IMG/VR virus record: IMGVR_UViG_3300030012_001141 | Span: 1 to 60,104 of that record | DNA length: 60,104 nucleotides | DNA from: a virus | Taxonomy: Duplodnaviria; Caudoviricetes | Reading direction: 5' to 3' (one strand) | Shown: positions 56,311-60,104 of the stretch, piece by piece | Layout: each line of letters starts with the position of its first letter | Position numbering within the stretch: the first letter of the stretch is position 1 | Program-made: the position numbers and the translations under genes | The notes under the pieces: model-generated | Database searches by the model: none | Told to the model about the DNA's origin: nothing | Seen by the model: the letters and a program-made list of their open reading frames with translations, nothing else

Positions 56311-56550
56311 ATGGAAGGACTTATTAGAAAAATTGTGGTTGGGAAAAACCCTAAAGATGGCATGGCTTATTATATAGGTATGCGCGCTGGAACTGGAACA
56401 GTTAGCACAATAATACAAGACGAAAGACATTTACATAAATATGGTAAAACAAGATATTTTGTGTATATTAAGGACGAAGATAATATTCAAACTTTATGGA
56501 AAGCTATTGATGATATGCCCTGTATGTTAGAATTTGATTGTAATTTTTAA
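56311..56550 (+). CDS. Conserved hypothetical phage protein
   Basis: LIRKIVVGKNPKDGMAYYIG...LWK...MLEFD. Confidence 0.65.
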   Translation: MEGLIRKIVVGKNPKDGMAYYIGMRAGTGTVSTIIQDERHLHKYGKTRYFVYIKDEDNIQTLWKAIDDMPCMLEFDCNF

Positions 56551-56551
56551 A

Positions 56552-56842
56552 ATGGTTAGAACAGAATTATATACTGAAGGAGGAGAGTTTAATCTCCCAG
56601 ACGGAACAAATTATATTGGTGCATATCATGTTCATATAACTCAAGGAGCCATGGTTGGTGGCTTTCATAAGGTTGCTCAGCATGATAAACTAACCCCAGC
56701 TAACAGAACAGCAGAACTGAAAATTCAAAGTATTATATTAGATCTAGTTAGATCTAGACAAGGTCGAAGATCAAACATGAATACTTCACCTTCTAGAGGT
56801 TCATCTGGAGGTTCTTCTGGAGGTTCTTCTGGAGGATATTAA
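56552..56842 (+). CDS. Hypothetical protein
   Basis: LYTEGGEF...YIGAYHVH...MVG...H; SSGG-repeat tail; start reassigned. Confidence 0.6.
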   Translation: MVRTELYTEGGEFNLPDGTNYIGAYHVHITQGAMVGGFHKVAQHDKLTPANRTAELKIQSIILDLVRSRQGRRSNMNTSPSRGSSGGSSGGSSGGY

Positions 56843-56852
56843 TTTAATATAA

Positions 56853-57440
56853 ATGAAAACATTTAATTTATTTGTCGTTAAGTTAGATAAAACACTTCAC
56901 GACACTATAACCACAGATAGTGGTTTGGAACTTTACATTGATAATAGGTTCAATGAATTTGAAAACAGAGTAACGGAGGGCCCAGTTGTAGCAATACCTT
57001 TTAAATATCAGACAGGTGTTAAAGAAGGTGATACTTTATACTTTCATCATCTTGTTGTTATGAATGATGGTCAAGTTTTAACTGGTGAGGATAATACATA
57101 TATAGTCCGCTACGATCCAGATTTTGCTGTAAATAATCAAGCTATAGCATATAAGTGTCAAAACGACGGTAAGATAAGATGTCTTGCTGGTTGGTGTTTA
57201 TTAAAACCTGTAGAACAAAAGGAGTTAACACTTCAGTCTGATATTATAGAAGTGGTAGATAATAGCGAAAAACTACCAACAAAAGGGGAGGTAGCTTATT
57301 TGTGTGAAGAAGGTAAGGAAATGGGTTTAGAGCCTGGGGATATTGTTGGCTTTAAAGAAAATAGAGATTATCGTATAACTATAGACGGGCAAGAATACTA
57401 TCGGACTCGTGCAGAAGACTTATATGGAGTTTATGTCTAA
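56853..57440 (+). CDS. GroES-like co-chaperonin, apparently two tandem domains
   Basis: TTDSGLELY...GPVVAIP...VKEGDTLYFHH and KGEVAY...LEPGDIVGF...IDGQEYYR. Confidence 0.65.
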   Translation: MKTFNLFVVKLDKTLHDTITTDSGLELYIDNRFNEFENRVTEGPVVAIPFKYQTGVKEGDTLYFHHLVVMNDGQVLTGEDNTYIVRYDPDFAVNNQAIAYKCQNDGKIRCLAGWCLLKPVEQKELTLQSDIIEVVDNSEKLPTKGEVAYLCEEGKEMGLEPGDIVGFKENRDYRITIDGQEYYRTRAEDLYGVYV

Positions 57441-57717
57441 ATTTACTACAATCAATGCATCTCAAAGGCTTATGAAAAGCATGGAGATTGCAATAAACAA
57501 CATGATTGATGAGGTTAAAAAACCCGTTGATCCAGAAATAAATGGGAGCGCACGAAAGGCCGAGCTTCAGTCAATAAAACAAACGGCAACAGATTGTAAG
57601 GAGCTTATCGTTGAGAGGCAACGCCTAGAGCAAATGATAAAAGATCTTAAAGATAATGGCGAGATAGATGAGGCAAAAGATTATACAGGAGGGTTTGCTG
57701 AAAGATTTTCTAAGTAA
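57433..57717 (+). CDS. Putative terminase small subunit
   Basis: Helical, ends GGFAERFSK, upstream of TerL; start reassigned. Confidence 0.5.
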   Translation: MSKFTTINASQRLMKSMEIAINNMIDEVKKPVDPEINGSARKAELQSIKQTATDCKELIVERQRLEQMIKDLKDNGEIDEAKDYTGGFAERFSK

Positions 57718-58082
57718 TGGCTTACAAAAACCCCGAAGATCAAGCTGCAGCAGCTAAACGTCACTATGAAGCTAATAAAGAAAAAATAAAAGCTCGTAGT
57801 AAAAAAAGAAACAGGGAGTCTAGAAAAAGAAATAAAGAATACATTCGTTTTGTAAAAAGCTTACATGAATGTATTGACTGTGGAGAAGATAATCCAGTTC
57901 TTTTGGAATTTGACCATGTTAGAGGGGAGAAACGAGGTAATATATCAGATATGGCTAATCAAGCCTATTGTATAGATACAATACAGAAAGAAATAGAAAA
58001 ATGTGAAGTAAGGTGTTCCAACTGTCATAGACAAGTAACTTATGAAAGAAGACAAAAAAAACGTAACTTGCAAGAGTTATGA
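57717..58082 (+). CDS. HNH endonuclease
   Basis: CIDCGE...LEFDHVRG...KCEVRCSNCH. Confidence 0.8.
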   Translation: MAYKNPEDQAAAAKRHYEANKEKIKARSKKRNRESRKRNKEYIRFVKSLHECIDCGEDNPVLLEFDHVRGEKRGNISDMANQAYCIDTIQKEIEKCEVRCSNCHRQVTYERRQKKRNLQEL

Positions 58083-58318
58083 GAGTTAAAAAAAGAAACT
58101 ACAAGAAAGAGTACAAAAAGTTTCAATCTTCTGCTGAAGAAAAGAAGAATCGTGCGGCTAGAAACAAAAGAAGAAGAAAAGCAGAAAAAAAAGGAATAGT
58201 TAAAAAGGGTGACGGTAAAGATATACATCATAAAGGATCAAAAATTAAAATAGAACCTAAATCTGTAAATAGAGGTAGAAAAGAAAAGTCTAGACTAAAA
58301 GGGTCTAAACGTAAATAA
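58079..58318 (+). CDS. Small basic HNH-like protein
   Basis: RNYKKEY...RAARN...GDGKDIHH...NRG. Confidence 0.6.
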   Translation: MRVKKRNYKKEYKKFQSSAEEKKNRAARNKRRRKAEKKGIVKKGDGKDIHHKGSKIKIEPKSVNRGRKEKSRLKGSKRK

Positions 58319-58330
58319 AATTTATATATA

Positions 58331-58522
58331 ATGAAATACTTATTAATTTTTATCTCAGCTGTTATGCTGAGCTCATGTTCTTCGTACAAACAACACTACA
58401 GATCTCAAAAAAAAGACTACAATCAGTGTTGGTGTATTGACCCTTGGGATGGAGGTGCAGAATGGTGTTGTAATGGTAAAGCACCAAATTACATGGCTCC
58501 ATATCATCACAATAGAAACTAA
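58331..58522 (+). CDS. Small Cys-rich lipoprotein
   Basis: MKYLLIFISAVMLSS-C lipobox. Confidence 0.6.
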   Translation: MKYLLIFISAVMLSSCSSYKQHYRSQKKDYNQCWCIDPWDGGAEWCCNGKAPNYMAPYHHNRN

Positions 58523-60104
58523 TGGTGCTATTGGACGTAGAAGGATATGAAGACCCTGCTGTTAAAATTTGTCCCAATGGTACGGAAGGTGAGCTTATCG
58601 AACTCGGTGGGTTACTCATTTGTCTTCCCAAAGCACCCCCCAAGAAACAAATTTTCGGATATAAAAAATCAAAGTCTTTGCAAATGTGGCAAAGGACACC
58701 TATGCCTAAAGAGCTGTCTCGTGTTCGTTCTATGGATGAGTGGGCAGAAATGCCAAAGCAATTTAGAGAAAAGTTTCGTCCGTATATCGAGGAAGAGTTT
58801 AGACGTAGGCGTGAGGGTTTTTGGTTTTATAACAACGGTACACCTACATATATTACGGGGCGGCATTACATGATGCTTCAGTGGACAAAGCTAGATGTAG
58901 GATACCCATACTTTTTAAATTTTCAACGTGAAATATATTTACACATGGCTGCGTGCGAGTCTGATTCTCGTTGTATCGGTCAGCTATATACTAAGTGTCG
59001 TCGTTCTGGCTATACTAATATCTGTTCTTCTGTTCTTGTGGACGAAGCTACACAGGTTAAAGACAAGCTTATGGGGATCCAGTCGAAAACAGGTAAAGAT
59101 GCTCAAGAAAACATCTTCATGAAGAAGGTGGTTTACATGTTTAGACACTACCCTTTCTTTTTTAAACCAATACAAGATGGTACTACGAATCCGCGTATGG
59201 AGTTAGCTTTTCGTGAACCATCAAAACGTATAACTAAAAACAACAAAACTTCACAAAAAGGTGAGGCTTTGAATACTGTTATAAACTGGAAAAATACAAC
59301 TAACAATGCATACGATGGTGAAAAGCTACACATATTGTATTTAGATGAGGCAGGAAAATGGGAAAAACCAACAGACATAAGAGACGCATGGAGGATTCAG
59401 AGGACTTGTTTGATCGTAGGGCGAAAAATCGTAGGAAAGGCCCTAGTAGGAAGCACCGTAAATCCAATGGACAAAGGTGGAAGTCAATACAAGGATCTAT
59501 GGGAGGATTCAAATCCGACGGAGAGGAATGCGAATGGGAGGACTAGAACTGGACTATATAGATTGTTTATACCAGCTTACGAGTCATTAGAAGGATTTTT
59601 TGATAAATATGGTTATCCTGTTGTGGATGACCCAGAAAGTACTTTAGAAGGCATAGATAATGAATACATATACACTGGAGCCAAAACATTTTTAAAAAAT
59701 GAAAGAGAGTCATTAAAAAACGATGCATCTGAACTTAATGAAGTTATACGTCAGTTCCCTTTTACAGAGGATGAGGCCTTTAGAGATAGTATAGAGGGTA
59801 GTATATTTAATGTAGGTCAGATATACGAGCAAGTAGAGCATAATGACGAGCTTTTTCCCAATCCAGTTGTAACTGGTAATTTTATGTGGAAAGATGGTAA
59901 AAAAGACTCTGAAGTAGTATTTAGCCCTAACCCGCAGGGTAGATTTAAAGTTGCATGGATGCCTCCTTTAGAGTTTAGAAATCAAAAGAAAAATATTCAT
60001 GGCAAAAGAGTTGCTCCTCATTCTGACTTCGGAGTGGGAGGTGTCGATAGCTATGATCTTGACGCTACAGTAGATGGTAGAGGATCTAAAGGAGCTTTGC
60101 ATTT
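58522..60104 (+). CDS. terL: Terminase large subunit, N-terminal ATPase part (missing from ORF track; full protein about 704 aa)
   Basis: ATG in TAATG overlap; YITGRHY, KCRRSGYT (Walker A-like), LYLDEAGKW (Walker B); in frame with 1-633. Confidence 0.9.
   Translation, partial: MVLLDVEGYEDPAVKICPNGTEGELIELGGLLICLPKAPPKKQIFGYKKSKSLQMWQRTPMPKELSRVRSMDEWAEMPKQFREKFRPYIEEEFRRRREGFWFYNNGTPTYITGRHYMMLQWTKLDVGYPYFLNFQREIYLHMAACESDSRCIGQLYTKCRRSGYTNICSSVLVDEATQVKDKLMGIQSKTGKDAQENIFMKKVVYMFRHYPFFFKPIQDGTTNPRMELAFREPSKRITKNNKTSQKGEALNTVINWKNTTNNAYDGEKLHILYLDEAGKWEKPTDIRDAWRIQRTCLIVGRKIVGKALVGSTVNPMDKGGSQYKDLWEDSNPTERNANGRTRTGLYRLFIPAYESLEGFFDKYGYPVVDDPESTLEGIDNEYIYTGAKTFLKNERESLKNDASELNEVIRQFPFTEDEAFRDSIEGSIFNVGQIYEQVEHNDELFPNPVVTGNFMWKDGKKDSEVVFSPNPQGRFKVAWMPPLEFRNQKKNIHGKRVAPHSDFGVGGVDSYDLDATVDGRGSKGALH
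60004..60104 (+). repeat. Terminal direct repeat, right copy
   Basis: Matches 1-101 with one mismatch. Confidence 0.95.

Larger units (their letters stand above)
1..60104. other. Complete circularly permuted dsDNA phage genome (unit length about 60,003 bp), Bacteroidota-infecting, podovirus/crAss-like virion module
   Basis: Terminal 101-bp overlap; TerL, portal, capsid, tail and ejection genes on +, early and replication genes on -; Bacteroidota promoter motif; no host housekeeping genes. Confidence 0.93.

Noticed and set aside
58547-59546. Several short track ORFs on both strands
   Set aside because: Shadow frames inside the terminase large subunit
1-60104. Stop-codon reassignment as in some crAss-like phages
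   Set aside because: Long ORFs tile the genome under the standard code, and TAG and TGA end genes cleanly (18620, 52377, 633)

Overview
The window is one complete, circularly permuted phage genome of about 60.0 kb. Bases 1-101 recur at 60004-60104 with one mismatch, and the terminase large subunit reads in frame across the join. Gene content and order point to a podovirus-type phage of Bacteroidota (probably marine Flavobacteriia) with a crAss-like or Cellulophaga-phage-like virion module. Host evidence is TAnnTTTG promoters, no Shine-Dalgarno signals, a T9SS C-terminal domain and signal peptides followed by Gln. The + strand arm (48634 through the join to 35896) carries late and structural genes. 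The - strand arm (47650 to 35893) carries about 25 tiny early ORFs, then recombination and replication genes. I recognise no DNA polymerase, RNA polymerase, integrase or tRNA. The most unusual signals are: (1) an envelope cassette of a Cys-rich T9SS cargo, a beta-barrel-like protein, a membrane protein and a CxxC-less thioredoxin fold; (2) six co-oriented 17-bp TGTCCAC-TRG-GTGGACA palindromes confined to the early region, possibly targets of the phage's DnaA-domain-IV-like protein; (3) a recurrent [YFM]xxGG motif across many late proteins, including a 1247-aa modular protein with a HExxH motif; (4) a tail stabilisation gene apparently split around an Ig-like plus dockerin-like insertion; (5) four 25-bp IHF-like quasi-palindromes in the divergent non-coding region. 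All family assignments are by eye from motifs and gene order; no searches were run.
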